A stretch of DNA of 64,000 nucleotides. Origin: Candidatus Omnitrophota bacterium. GTDB taxonomy: Bacteria > Omnitrophota > Gorgyraeia > Duberdicusellales > 4484-171. The notes under the pieces were generated by a model. That model saw only the letters and a program-made list of their open reading frames with translations. It was not told where the DNA came from and made no database searches. Shown here one piece after another: positions 1 through 11,304 of the stretch. The translations under genes were made by a program, and so were the position numbers. The stretch spans positions 20,066-84,065 of the forward strand of contig JAHKAJ010000014.1 of the NCBI GenBank assembly GCA_018826075.1, given 5' to 3'. The stretch's first letter is position 1; every line of letters begins with the position of its first letter.

Positions 1-706
1 GCAGTTTTAAACTTCCCTTTTGGTATTGACTTTCAAGTTCAGTCTGGCGCAAAACATGTAAAACATGAAACTTTACTCCCTGGATATCCAGATTAGCGAT
101 GCGTTCGGTATCCTCGGCTATTTGCTGATCGCTGGAACCCGGTAAACCGAAAATCAAATGAGCCCCTACGTTGATGCCGTATTTTCTGGTTAAAGCCAAA
201 GCTGCCAAAAAATCCTCATAGCTATGATTGCGGTTGATCGAAGTTAAAACCGGATTTTGGGTAGTTTGCAGGCCATATTCGATCCAAACCAGGTAATCCC
301 TGGCATAACCGGCAATAAGTTTGATCTTTTCCTCATCAACACAATCCGGCCGGGTGGAAATAAATAAACCACAAACTTGAGGAAACTCTTTTATCAAATC
401 ATAGCTTTCTTTTAAAGTCCGGCAATCAGCATAAGTGTTGGAAAAAGCCTGAAAATAAGCAATAAATTTTTTTACCCCCAGGCGCTTAGTATAAAATTCA
501 ATCGAATCGGCTATCTGCTGACGCAGGTCAAGGCCGGTTTCAGCAAAACGGGAAAAACCTTTGTTATTACAATAAACACAACCCCGTCGGCTTTTGGCTC
601 CGTCAAGGTTAGGGCAGGCAAAGCCGGCATTCAGGCTTATCCGCTGAACCCGTTCTCCGAAAATTTTGCGTAAATAAATATTGAATGAATAATATCGTTC
701 GTTCAT
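1..706 (-). CDS. TIGR01212/YhcC-family radical SAM protein (runs off the left edge of the window)
   Basis: Absent from the ORF track. Manual translation from ATG at 706 gives MNERYYSFNIYLRKIFGERVQRISLNAGFACPNLDGAKSRRGCVYCNNKGFS, with the CPNxDG...GCxYC motif typical of this family. Confidence 0.85.
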   Translation of the reverse strand, partial: MNERYYSFNIYLRKIFGERVQRISLNAGFACPNLDGAKSRRGCVYCNNKGFSRFAETGLDLRQQIADSIEFYTKRLGVKKFIAYFQAFSNTYADCRTLKESYDLIKEFPQVCGLFISTRPDCVDEEKIKLIAGYARDYLVWIEYGLQTTQNPVLTSINRNHSYEDFLAALALTRKYGINVGAHLIFGLPGSSDQQIAEDTERIANLDIQGVKFHVLHVLRQTELESQYQKGSLKL

Positions 707-718
707 TGACCTATTACA

Positions 719-1246
719 CTACTTCCGGCTGTAAATACAGCCACAATAATCCTGTCGGTAAAGCTCTAAGGTTTTCGCTGCTTGGAGAGTTTTTTTAAAC
801 CCGTCATTTTTCTTAAAATCCAGGGCTAAAAACTTATCGCCGCCGATATCCTTTCCGATTTCAAAGATAAGTTCACTGTTCTTATGCGGGCTGACCGTCA
901 AAGTAGTAGTAAAATAATCGTAGTCTTTCTCAGCGGCCACCAACCTGGCCTGCTCCAGGCGCATCCGATAGCAAGAACTACAGCGCAAGCCGCCTTCCTT
1001 CTCGGCAGCGTAGGCCTGATGAATCTTCAACCAGTCAAAAATCGGATAGCTGCTTGGTTCAAGCATTATACCACTAGTTTCAGCAACTTTTTCCACGGCC
1101 TGTTTACGCTTGGAATATTCAGGGTAAGGATGAATGTTGGGGTTAAAAAACAAACCGCCTACTTGGAAACTTTCCTGGCGCAACTTTTCTATACAATAAA
1201 CTGCACAGATGCCGCAACAAATATGTAATAAAACCTTTTTCATCAT
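719..1246 (-). CDS. queH: epoxyqueuosine reductase QueH (DUF208)
   Basis: Motifs LLHICCGIC, FFNPNIHP, RCSSCYRMRL, FTTTLTVSPHK and YRQDYCGC. Confidence 0.9.
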   Translation of the reverse strand: MMKKVLLHICCGICAVYCIEKLRQESFQVGGLFFNPNIHPYPEYSKRKQAVEKVAETSGIMLEPSSYPIFDWLKIHQAYAAEKEGGLRCSSCYRMRLEQARLVAAEKDYDYFTTTLTVSPHKNSELIFEIGKDIGGDKFLALDFKKNDGFKKTLQAAKTLELYRQDYCGCIYSRK

Positions 1247-2046
1247 TAAAGGGAAAAATACTCTTTGATAGTAATAAAGTTTACTTTTTCCTTTAACCGG
1301 GAAATTTTCCGCTTAAGGGCTTTTAAGGTATTTGGCCGGGGGTGAGCGATGATAATCATCTTGCCTTTGTCCTGGGCTTTTCCAGCCAGCTCCTCAATCT
1401 GTTTTTCGATATGCTCAAGGTCATCCAGCCCGTCAAGAAAGCCTTGATTGTAGCCGCAGGTCAGGCCGCTTCTCTGGCAAACGTCGTAGGCAACCGAATC
1501 CAGTGATGTCCGGCTGTCAACATAAACCAACCCTTTATTTTTTATTTTTTTCATCAAAAAAGCCATAAATTGGTAATCCTCGGTGGCTTTTGAACCCATA
1601 TGGTTATTGACTCCGACAGCAACCCTTAAGGAGTTAAGATAATCACGCAGTAAAGCTTCATTTTCCCGCTGGCTTAGATCCGGGCTTAAAAAACGATAAC
1701 GTTTGGACTGATATTTTTCACCTTGTTTCGGCTCCAGGGGCAGATGGATAAATACCGAAAAACCGCAGCGGGAAGCGATGTTAGCGATATTCTTGGAAAA
1801 TTTAAGATTAGGGATGATCGAGACTGTAAGCGGAACATCCAATGAATAAAGCTCCCGCAGGTCACTAAGGCTTTCACCAAGATCGTCGATGATCAAAGCC
1901 ACTGAAGGCTTAAGGTCATCGGACTGCTGGCTGTTTAAAAGCGACATGGTTTTAGAGCGGTTTTTATCTTTATTCAAAGTGCTGTAAAAAACTATCGGTA
2001 TGACAATAAGAACAAAAAAAATGAGGCCGCGTATAATTCTAGCCAT
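1246..2046 (-). CDS. divergent polysaccharide deacetylase (YibQ-like)
   Basis: IIDDLG, HLPLEP, NNHMGS, YVDSRT and FLD motifs; N-terminal membrane anchor. Confidence 0.85.
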   Translation of the reverse strand: MARIIRGLIFFVLIVIPIVFYSTLNKDKNRSKTMSLLNSQQSDDLKPSVALIIDDLGESLSDLRELYSLDVPLTVSIIPNLKFSKNIANIASRCGFSVFIHLPLEPKQGEKYQSKRYRFLSPDLSQRENEALLRDYLNSLRVAVGVNNHMGSKATEDYQFMAFLMKKIKNKGLVYVDSRTSLDSVAYDVCQRSGLTCGYNQGFLDGLDDLEHIEKQIEELAGKAQDKGKMIIIAHPRPNTLKALKRKISRLKEKVNFITIKEYFSL

Positions 2047-2668
2047 TGGTTATTTTGACTAACTCCTGATAGGAAGCCTGCGGGTCAGGGCTTTGCAGCA
2101 CGGCACTGCCCACGCAGATATAATCAACTCCGCTTGATTTTATCAACCGAGCATTGGAAAGCTTGACCCCGCCGTCGATCCCGGTCAGACAATCGGGATA
2201 TTTAGTTTTAAATTTCTTTATTTTTTCCAGGACTCCAGGGATAAACTGCGCCCCGTAAAAACCGGGGTTAACCGACATAAACAGAACCGTATCAACCTCA
2301 TCCAGAAGATACTCAAAATCTTTGATTGCGGTATCAGGATTAACGGCCAGGCCGGCTTTTAGGCCGTTTTTTTTGATTTCAGAAATCAGAGCTGAATGAT
2401 CCTTTTTTATTTCAAAATGATAGATGAGTTTTTCGGCTCCTAAAGCTTTAAAAGCCGCAAGCCACTCCAGGGGATCAGCGACCATTAGATGAGCCTCGCT
2501 CCTCACCGGGATGTTAAGGCCTTTTAAATCATCTAAACTCAAGCTTTTAGAAGGAACAAAAATACCGTCCATGATGTCGATCTGAACAAAATCACAAAAA
2601 CCCGAACAAACCTCAAGCATCTGGATAAGCTTATTCTTTTTATCAGTAAGTAGTGCTGGGACGATCAT
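2039..2668 (-). CDS. rpe: ribulose-phosphate 3-epimerase
   Basis: DIMDGIFVP, AHLMV, MSVNPGFYG and DGG motifs. Confidence 0.92.
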   Translation of the reverse strand: MIVPALLTDKKNKLIQMLEVCSGFCDFVQIDIMDGIFVPSKSLSLDDLKGLNIPVRSEAHLMVADPLEWLAAFKALGAEKLIYHFEIKKDHSALISEIKKNGLKAGLAVNPDTAIKDFEYLLDEVDTVLFMSVNPGFYGAQFIPGVLEKIKKFKTKYPDCLTGIDGGVKLSNARLIKSSGVDYICVGSAVLQSPDPQASYQELVKITNG

Positions 2669-3831
2669 TTCTTAAAATACTCCTTTAACCGGCTGATTAT
2701 TTTTTGGTTGGGCCGGTAATTCTCAGTTTTCCAAAAATCAACCATCGCTTTTTTGTTCTTTGACCATTGTTTAAAATAAGTCTCCCAACCGTATTCCGGG
2801 CCCTCCCTCTGGACAAACCGAGAATTATCAAGATACTGATAGAGACCGTCAGGAAAACAAGCCTGCGAAACCGCCTTATAAGTCCAATAAGTATATTCGA
2901 AGCCAAAACTTTCAAAGGCCGAAAGCATACCCTCTAACCAATCCAACTCTCCCCAACAACCTCCCCGCCAGTTGATCCCGAACTCTCCGACAAAGATCTT
3001 AACTTTATTTTTAAGTGAAAATTTATAATAGGGTTCGAGATATTTGTAGATTCTTTTTTTATCCCAGGCTAAGCCTTCGATTTTTCCGGGAAATTTAGAA
3101 AAGCGGTTAAAATTGAATGTGTAGCTTAACGGCAAATAAGTATGAATACTGATCGCAACATTCTCCGAAATAAGGCCGGATAAAAAATCTATTTCTTGAG
3201 CCCAGTTATCTCCTTCAATATAAATCGTATGTTTTTTATCGATCTGGCGAATGCGCTTGATGACCTGGGAATAGAAGTTAACTAGATTTTTGGGCGGGAC
3301 TTTTCCCAATACTGGCTCATTTAAAAGGTCATAACCGGCCAGGGCCGGTTCATCCTTAAACCGCTGGCTGAGTTTTTCCCACAAACGATAAGTTCTCTGA
3401 CGGTATGCTTCTTTTTCCCACAAACCAGCCCGGCCGTCACTATCGCTATGCCAATCATAATTTTGAGCACCGGCTGCGGCATGTAGATCCAGGATTATTC
3501 CCAGGTTGTATTTTTTGGCCCAGGAAAAGGCTTTAGCTAAATAGCTAAAACCTTTTTCCGAATAACGGTTAGGTTTAGGCTCTATCAAGCGGCAATTAAA
3601 GGGGAGGCGCACCACCGAAGCCTGCATATCGGCAATATTCTTAAAGTCGGCTTCAGTTATGTAATTATCCCGAAAAAAGGTTTGGAATCTTTCCAGTTCT
3701 TTTTGGCCGTAAAGGCTTTTAAATCTTCGTTTAAAAATATGCTCTGGGATATTGCGGCCGCCGAGGATATAACCCTCCATCAGAAGCCAGCTGCCTAAGT
3801 TTACGCCTTTGACCTTTTTAACTGCCATCAT
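2665..3831 (-). CDS. glycoside hydrolase family 5
   Basis: GVNLGSWLLMEGY, ILDLHAA, YDLLNEP (acid/base) and VGEFG (nucleophile); no obvious signal peptide. Confidence 0.88.
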   Translation of the reverse strand: MMAVKKVKGVNLGSWLLMEGYILGGRNIPEHIFKRRFKSLYGQKELERFQTFFRDNYITEADFKNIADMQASVVRLPFNCRLIEPKPNRYSEKGFSYLAKAFSWAKKYNLGIILDLHAAAGAQNYDWHSDSDGRAGLWEKEAYRQRTYRLWEKLSQRFKDEPALAGYDLLNEPVLGKVPPKNLVNFYSQVIKRIRQIDKKHTIYIEGDNWAQEIDFLSGLISENVAISIHTYLPLSYTFNFNRFSKFPGKIEGLAWDKKRIYKYLEPYYKFSLKNKVKIFVGEFGINWRGGCWGELDWLEGMLSAFESFGFEYTYWTYKAVSQACFPDGLYQYLDNSRFVQREGPEYGWETYFKQWSKNKKAMVDFWKTENYRPNQKIISRLKEYFKK

Positions 3832-4127
3832 ATTTTCCAGGGCATTTTCAAATATTGTTTATAGGCACAAATATGGTCATTTTTCCAGTAAGTATGCAAT
3901 ATTTCCTTGACCAAAACGCAGTCAAATTCCTCACCGTTGACAGTTTTCTTGAGGCCAAAGCGCTGGGGATAGATCGTGCAGTAAAACCCGCTTTTAGCAT
4001 CACCTTTCAGGTGCTGACAGGGGTCGTCATAGGCTCCACAGCAGCCGCCGCAGCGGCGGCAAAGCCCTTCCCATTTCTTTTCCTGGCCCAGGAGAGCCTC
4101 TTGATACTCGATATAGCTTTTATTCAT
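3828..4127 (-). CDS. small cysteine-cluster protein (CxxCxxCC, YkgJ/YcgN-like)
   Basis: WEGLCRRCGGCC...CQHL...CTIYPQRF...C. Confidence 0.7.
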   Translation of the reverse strand: MNKSYIEYQEALLGQEKKWEGLCRRCGGCCGAYDDPCQHLKGDAKSGFYCTIYPQRFGLKKTVNGEEFDCVLVKEILHTYWKNDHICAYKQYLKMPWKI

Positions 4128-4171
4128 AAGGGGGCTATTATATCAAAATTCCCGCGGATTTCAAAGGAAGG

Positions 4172-4225
4172 TAACAGCTAAACCCCCGGGGTTTAAATAT
4201 CCCAACCCCGGGGGTTTAGCTGTTA
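4172..4225. repeat. perfect 22-bp inverted repeat with 10-nt spacer (REP-like or terminator)
   Basis: taacagctaaacccccggggtt-N10-aaccccgggggtttagctgtta, directly downstream of hppA. Confidence 0.8.
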
Positions 4226-4229
4226 GTTT

Positions 4230-6341
4230 TTATTTAAAAAGGCTGTAGCTGATGATCAAGCCGCTAAAAACGATTGAGACCATGGACATCAGCTTGATCA
4301 GGATGTTTAACGAGGGGCCGGCAGTATCTTTAAACGGATCACCCACAGTGTCCCCGCAAACTGCGGCCCTATGCGAGTCAGAACCCTTACCGCCGTGATT
4401 TCCTTCTTCGATATATTTCTTGGCATTGTCCCAGGCGCCGCCGGAATTAGCCATGAACACCGCCAGAACAAACCCAGAAGCCAAGGCTCCCACCAGGAGG
4501 CCGATCTCCCCTCTTACCCCTAAAAGCATTCCAGTGGCTATCGGAGCAATGATCGCTAGAAGAGAAGGAATTATCATCTGGTGTTGAGCAGCTTTGGTGG
4601 TCAAGGCAACGCAAGTTGAATAATCAGCTTCAGCTTTACCCTCAAGCAGGCCTTTTATCTGGCGAAATTGACGGCGGACTTCTTCGATTATCGCTGCGGC
4701 TGCCCGGCTGACTGCCCGCAAAGACAGAGCGCAAAAAATAAACGGCAGCATTGCTCCGATAAAAATACCGACAATTACATTTGGATCGAATAAACTTACA
4801 TCCATTGAAACCTTAATGCCCAGGCGAAGAGCTTCATTGATGATGTGGTCCCGGTAAGCAACGATAAGAGCTAAGGCCGTAAGGGCCGCTGAACCAATAG
4901 CAAACCCCTTTCCGGTGGCGGCAGTAGTATTACCCAAAGAATCAAGCTGATCAGTCCTACGACGAACCTCTTTGGGAAGCTGAGCCATTTGGGCTACGCC
5001 GCCGGCATTATCAGCCACCGGCCCGTAAGCATCGGTTGCCAAAGTTATCCCTAAAGTAGAAAGCATGCCTACCGCCGATATACCGACTCCGTAAAGGCCC
5101 ATCCCGAAATCGTTGAAACCGCCGCTGATCGCAAAACTTCCCAGGATCGCGCAGCCGACGGCAAGAACTGCACCTACCGGCGAAAGCATTCCCAAAGCAA
5201 TCCCCTCGATGATCAGGGTAGCCGGGCCGGTTTTTGAAGACCGCGCTAAGTCACGGGTCGGCCGATAGCCGGCTGAAGTAAAAAACTCGGTAAACTGGCC
5301 GATGACTACACCAGTCAAAAGCCCGATCACCACTGAACCAAAAACACCTAAATATTTTTTACCCAAAACATAATAAACAATTAAAAAAGAAAACAAAATC
5401 ACCAACCCTGAAGCTGTCCAGACTCCTCGGCGCAAAGCTCTCAATAGATCTTTCTGGGTTGCCTCTTCTTTAGTCTTGACAAAAAAGAAACCGATCAAGG
5501 ATGCAGCTACACCGCAGGTGGCCATCAGCAGCGGGGTGATCGCTCCTTTCAGGCCTAACCCGGCTGCTGCTGCCAGAGCCATGGTAGCCACGATAGAATC
5601 AACATAAGATTCATAAAGATCAGCCCCCATACCGGCAACATCACCGACATTGTCGCCGACCAAATCTGCGATTACCGCCGGATTCCTGGGGTCATCTTCA
5701 GGGATCCCGGCTTCAACCTTGCCGACCAGATCAGCGCCGACATCTGCAGCCTTAGTATATATTCCGCCGCCTAAACGGGCAAACAGGGCATAGCTTGATG
5801 CCCCCATTCCAAAACAAAGCATAGTCGAAGTGACCGCGGTCAAAAGAGCATCGCCGGATAAAGGCTGATGCACCGTATAATACCATTTTAAAATAACAAA
5901 CCAGGTAGCCATTTCCAGTAAACCCAATCCCACCACCATCAAACCCATTACGGTTCCGGCGCTAAAAGCTAAACGCAGGCCCCGGTTCAAACTGATACTG
6001 GCAGCCTGGGTAGTGCGGGAATTTGATTTTGTAGCTACGTACATCCCCAACCAGCCGCAGAAACCACTGAAAAGGCCTCCGGTAAGAAAGGCAAAGGGAA
6101 CAAAGATGACTAAAAAACCCTTCAAGGCCATGGCCAAAAGGACAAGGAAAACCAAAACAAAGAAAATCGAAACCACTTTATACTGCTGTTTTAGATACCC
6201 TTTTGCGCCCTGAAAAATATAGCCGGATATCTTCTGCATAGTCTCATTACCGGCTGGTTGACGAAAAATCCAGCGGATCAGAAAACCGCAAAAAGCTATA
6301 GCCAGAAACGCTCCCAGGAAGACAAAAATAATTGCATCCAT
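4230..6341 (-). CDS. hppA: membrane-bound K+-dependent Na+ (probably Na+,H+) translocating pyrophosphatase
   Basis: [38 protein letters not shown] and [10 protein letters not shown] motifs; many TM helices. Confidence 0.95.
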   Translation of the reverse strand: MDAIIFVFLGAFLAIAFCGFLIRWIFRQPAGNETMQKISGYIFQGAKGYLKQQYKVVSIFFVLVFLVLLAMALKGFLVIFVPFAFLTGGLFSGFCGWLGMYVATKSNSRTTQAASISLNRGLRLAFSAGTVMGLMVVGLGLLEMATWFVILKWYYTVHQPLSGDALLTAVTSTMLCFGMGASSYALFARLGGGIYTKAADVGADLVGKVEAGIPEDDPRNPAVIADLVGDNVGDVAGMGADLYESYVDSIVATMALAAAAGLGLKGAITPLLMATCGVAASLIGFFFVKTKEEATQKDLLRALRRGVWTASGLVILFSFLIVYYVLGKKYLGVFGSVVIGLLTGVVIGQFTEFFTSAGYRPTRDLARSSKTGPATLIIEGIALGMLSPVGAVLAVGCAILGSFAISGGFNDFGMGLYGVGISAVGMLSTLGITLATDAYGPVADNAGGVAQMAQLPKEVRRRTDQLDSLGNTTAATGKGFAIGSAALTALALIVAYRDHIINEALRLGIKVSMDVSLFDPNVIVGIFIGAMLPFIFCALSLRAVSRAAAAIIEEVRRQFRQIKGLLEGKAEADYSTCVALTTKAAQHQMIIPSLLAIIAPIATGMLLGVRGEIGLLVGALASGFVLAVFMANSGGAWDNAKKYIEEGNHGGKGSDSHRAAVCGDTVGDPFKDTAGPSLNILIKLMSMVSIVFSGLIISYSLFK

Positions 6342-6351
6342 TTTTTACCCC

Positions 6352-7632
<1,281 letters not shown>

Positions 7633-7643
7633 TTAAAAATCTA

Positions 7644-8252
7644 TTATTTCTTTTTACTAGCCTTGGTCGGAACTATGACTTCATCGACGATACCATACTT
7701 CTTAGCTTCCGCAGCACTCATAAAATAATCCCGGTCAGTATCCTGCTGGATTTTTTCGATCGGTTGCCCGGTATGTTGTGACAATATCTCGTTAACTCTC
7801 TCTCTCAGCCTTAAGATCTCTTTAGTTTGGCGGGAAATATCTTCAGCCGTACCCTGAACGCCTCCCCAGGGCTGATGAATCATGATCCGGGAATTAGGCA
7901 AAGTATAACGTTTATCCTTTACCCCGGCACAAAGCAGCATAGCCCCCATCGAAGATGCCTGGCCTACACAATAAGTGGCCACATCGCATTTGACAAATTG
8001 CATAGTATCATAGATCGCCATTCCGGCGGTGATAGCCCCTCCGGGAGTATTGATATAGATCCCGATATCTTTATTAACATCTTCCATCTGTAAAAATAAC
8101 AGCTGGGCGATCACCACATTGGCAACATTATCATCTATCGGCGTACCGATAAAGATTATCCGGTCCTTAAGAAGGCGGGAATATATATCATAGGCGCGTT
8201 CAACTCTTCCGGTCTGCTCGATCACCATCGGAACATACATCTGGTTTTTCAT
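7644..8252 (-). CDS. clpP: ATP-dependent Clp protease proteolytic subunit
   Basis: [23 protein letters not shown] and DRD motifs. Confidence 0.97.
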   Translation of the reverse strand: MKNQMYVPMVIEQTGRVERAYDIYSRLLKDRIIFIGTPIDDNVANVVIAQLLFLQMEDVNKDIGIYINTPGGAITAGMAIYDTMQFVKCDVATYCVGQASSMGAMLLCAGVKDKRYTLPNSRIMIHQPWGGVQGTAEDISRQTKEILRLRERVNEILSQHTGQPIEKIQQDTDRDYFMSAAEAKKYGIVDEVIVPTKASKKK

Positions 8253-8266
8253 GACAACCTCCCTTT

Positions 8267-9154
8267 TTATTCGTATTGGGCTTGGCTCAAAATAAATCCA
8301 AAAACCACTTCGGCTGAATTATCCTGTTGTTTTATGCCTTCCTTGCAACGGACCGCCTCAAGGACATAACTTAGCTTTATTTCACTTTCGGCTAAGGGCA
8401 TAAGCTTCTGGCTTAAGTCTTGCTTATACTTATCCAGATCCTCATCGCTGATACCCTGCGTACGCAAGTTGTAGGTTTCCCGCTCAAGTAAATGCTGATG
8501 ATAGTGCTCTAGCTCACTTTTAGGTATTTCGAAATTCACTGACTTCAGCAATTGAGAACGAATCTGCTGTTCGATCTTCTGCTTGCGCTCACGCAGCTTT
8601 TCAACGAACAGCTGGTTATTTATGGCTTCCCGGAAAGCGGCAGCATCAGGATAAGAAGCCCAACGGGATAACTGCTGATCATCCAGATCCTGTTCAGTGA
8701 CTTTCTTGACCCCGTCCTTGAGGTTAGTGATTACTTTTTCTACTTCTTCGGGCTTGACCTGGATTTTTTTATCCTTGATCTTTATTCCTTTATAAGCAGT
8801 CTCCTTGATCTCGACCTCCGGCCTTGACTCAAAACTGGCTAAAAAAGACAGGCTTTGTTCGGTAAGCTCGACTTCGGAAATCTCCGGATAGCCGGCGGCG
8901 CTTAATTTTTCCTGTTCTAAAGCCTGACGGTAAAATTTAGGCAGGATCTGTTTTAGCAGCTCCTCCTTAAGAAAAGCCTGGTGGTGTTTTTCTAAAATAT
9001 CCAAAGGCGCAGTTCCCGGACGAAAACCGGGAACTTTCAGGCTTTTTGAGCAAGCCTGATAAGTCTCTTTTTTTTCTTGCAAAAACTCCTCGCCGTTTAC
9101 CTGGATCTTTAATTTGCGTTTAAGTTTATCGATCTTTTTTACTTCTACTTTCAT
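8267..9154 (-). CDS. tig: trigger factor, short form (FKBP domain apparently absent)
   Basis: VPGFRPG ribosome-binding loop; position upstream of clpP; only 295 aa. Confidence 0.85.
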   Translation of the reverse strand: MKVEVKKIDKLKRKLKIQVNGEEFLQEKKETYQACSKSLKVPGFRPGTAPLDILEKHHQAFLKEELLKQILPKFYRQALEQEKLSAAGYPEISEVELTEQSLSFLASFESRPEVEIKETAYKGIKIKDKKIQVKPEEVEKVITNLKDGVKKVTEQDLDDQQLSRWASYPDAAAFREAINNQLFVEKLRERKQKIEQQIRSQLLKSVNFEIPKSELEHYHQHLLERETYNLRTQGISDEDLDKYKQDLSQKLMPLAESEIKLSYVLEAVRCKEGIKQQDNSAEVVFGFILSQAQYE

Positions 9155-9178
9155 TTTATCTCCGATCTTAGTTGTTTT

Positions 9179-9901
9179 TTACATCCTGAAATCTTTACCT
9201 AAATAAACCTCGCGGGCCCCGGTGTGATTGATCAACTCCTCAGCAGTCCCCGAAATCAGGATCTTACCTTCGGAAATCAAATAGGCTCTGTCGGTGATCG
9301 AAAGGGTTTCTCTTACATTATGATCAGTCACCAGGATCCCGATACCTTTACGTTTCAACTCGGAAATTATTTCTTTGGCTTCGCCGACCACGATCGGATC
9401 AATTCCCGAAAACGGTTCATCCAAAAGAAGAAAAGAAGGATTAGTAACTAAAGCCCGGGTGATCTCCAGTCGCCGCATTTCTCCGCCGCTTAAAGTATAG
9501 GCTTTGCTGCGGCGTAAATGGGTTATATTCAACTCTTTAAGCAAAGACTCCAAACGTCTTAAGCGTTCTGAACGAACCAAGGGCAGAGTCTCTAAAACCG
9601 CCATGATATTTTCTTCGACGCTGAGCTTGCGAAATACCGAAGGGTCCTGGGAAAGATAGCCGATCCCGAACTTAGCCCGGGTATGGATCGGATAAGAGGT
9701 TATTTCCTGATTATCAAAAGTTATTTTGCCGGCATCAGGAGCGATTATCCCCACCACCATATAAAAAGTGGTAGTTTTTCCGGCGCCATTGGGCCCGAGA
9801 AGCCCGACGATCTCGCCTCTTCTTACTGAAAGAGAAACCCCTTTGACTACTGTTTTTGAACCGTAGGATTTGGTCAGATTATTTACTTCTAGAAGCCGCA
9901 T
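9179..9901 (-). CDS. lptB: LPS export ABC ATPase
   Basis: GPNGAGKTT, LSGGE, LLDEPF, TDHNVRETL and VYLG motifs. Confidence 0.96.
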   Translation of the reverse strand: MRLLEVNNLTKSYGSKTVVKGVSLSVRRGEIVGLLGPNGAGKTTTFYMVVGIIAPDAGKITFDNQEITSYPIHTRAKFGIGYLSQDPSVFRKLSVEENIMAVLETLPLVRSERLRRLESLLKELNITHLRRSKAYTLSGGEMRRLEITRALVTNPSFLLLDEPFSGIDPIVVGEAKEIISELKRKGIGILVTDHNVRETLSITDRAYLISEGKILISGTAEELINHTGAREVYLGKDFRM

Positions 9902-9908
9902 ATTTTAA

Positions 9909-10712
9909 TTAAAAGCCTCCCAGGCTGTCTTGGCCTTCTTGAGGGTAATAGATCAACCGCGGCCTTCCTTCCAAAACAAGTTTATCTTCTTTTCCCAGGT
10001 AAGTCGCCAACTCGGCATAAGTCTCACTACCCTCTCTGAGTATTTTTACGTTTCCTTCGGAAACTATTTTAATTATGGTTTTTGTCTCGGGATCAAAATA
10101 AAGCGTTGATTTGTCGGAGAAAACCTGGCCCTGGGTATGAGTAACCACTACGTTCTCATTGAAAACCGCTTTACCCTGGCTGTATTCGATTTCCAAAGGG
10201 CCGCTGCAGGTAGCGGTAATCGGAATTTTAGTCTCCTGGTCAGGAATGGTGACTTCAACGTCTTGTTTAAAATCTGCTTCTTTCATCTCAGTATCTGCCG
10301 ACATACCCTTGGCGGTTATTTCCATAGTATCACGGGTAGCCTTGACCCAATCCTCGGTTTCGATCAGATTTTTGGCCTTTTGCCAGCTCAAAGAATCGGT
10401 AATGATCCTGACTCCGTCCTTATTCTCTATATTAACGTTCTTTTCCAAATAGATATCCAGACTTTTACGGTCCAGGCGAGCCTTATCAGAACTGATATCG
10501 ATAGTATCATCCTCCAGATAATAATGGGCTTTCATCGCCTCGATATCGACATAATCATCATAGACCAAAGCATCAGTACCGCGCACTTCCCAATCGAAAG
10601 TTCCGTCTTCTTTAAAGTTAGAAAGATAGAAATCCTTGATACTCTGTTGAGAATAAGCCTCGCTGTTTAAAGCGGCGGAAAGTAACAGCATTATTATAAA
10701 AAATATTTTCAT
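9909..10712 (-). CDS. lptC: LptC/LptA-like tandem beta-jellyroll protein
   Basis: Signal or anchor followed by two OstA-like repeats; located between kdsC and lptB. Confidence 0.75.
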   Translation of the reverse strand: MKIFFIIMLLLSAALNSEAYSQQSIKDFYLSNFKEDGTFDWEVRGTDALVYDDYVDIEAMKAHYYLEDDTIDISSDKARLDRKSLDIYLEKNVNIENKDGVRIITDSLSWQKAKNLIETEDWVKATRDTMEITAKGMSADTEMKEADFKQDVEVTIPDQETKIPITATCSGPLEIEYSQGKAVFNENVVVTHTQGQVFSDKSTLYFDPETKTIIKIVSEGNVKILREGSETYAELATYLGKEDKLVLEGRPRLIYYPQEGQDSLGGF

Positions 10713-10767
10713 AAACAGCCTAATATACCAAATCAGCCGATAAAGTCAATTGATTAAGTCAAAAATC

Positions 10768-11301
10768 CTATTTAAAATTTTTAAGAAATGCGTAAATCTG
10801 CTTCTTCAACCCCTGGTGTTGAATGATCAAATCGATTACTTCCCTGACCGCTCCCTGGCCGCCTTTTTTGACGGTAACATAATCAGCGGCCTTTCTGACG
10901 TCCGACGACGAATCGCTAACGGCGATACCTAAGCCTACGGCTTTGATCATGCCTAGATCGATCAGGTCGTCACCGACAAAACAGATCTGGTCGGCTTTTA
11001 GCCTATATTTAGTCTTAAGATAGTTAAGGGCTTTTTCCTTGGGCAGTAAACCACCGATTACTTCGACAACCCTCATATCATCAGCTCTTTTTTTCAAAAT
11101 AGCTGAATTCCGGGCTGAAAGCAGCACGGTTTTTATGCCGGCTTTGCCGAGCAGAAAAATACCCAGGCCGTCTTTAACGTTGAAGCTTTTGGATTCCCGG
11201 CCTAAGGTATCATAGATGATCTCCCCACCGGTCAATACTCCGTCAACGTCAAGCACCAACAGCCTGACTTTCTTAAATAGTTTCGCTATATTTTTATTCA
11301 T
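10768..11301 (-). CDS. kdsC: KDO 8-phosphate phosphatase
   Basis: HAD motif DVDGVLT, plus FNVKDG, GDDLID and GGQGAVRE. Confidence 0.93.
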   Translation of the reverse strand: MNKNIAKLFKKVRLLVLDVDGVLTGGEIIYDTLGRESKSFNVKDGLGIFLLGKAGIKTVLLSARNSAILKKRADDMRVVEVIGGLLPKEKALNYLKTKYRLKADQICFVGDDLIDLGMIKAVGLGIAVSDSSSDVRKAADYVTVKKGGQGAVREVIDLIIQHQGLKKQIYAFLKNFK

Positions 11302-11304
11302 CTC

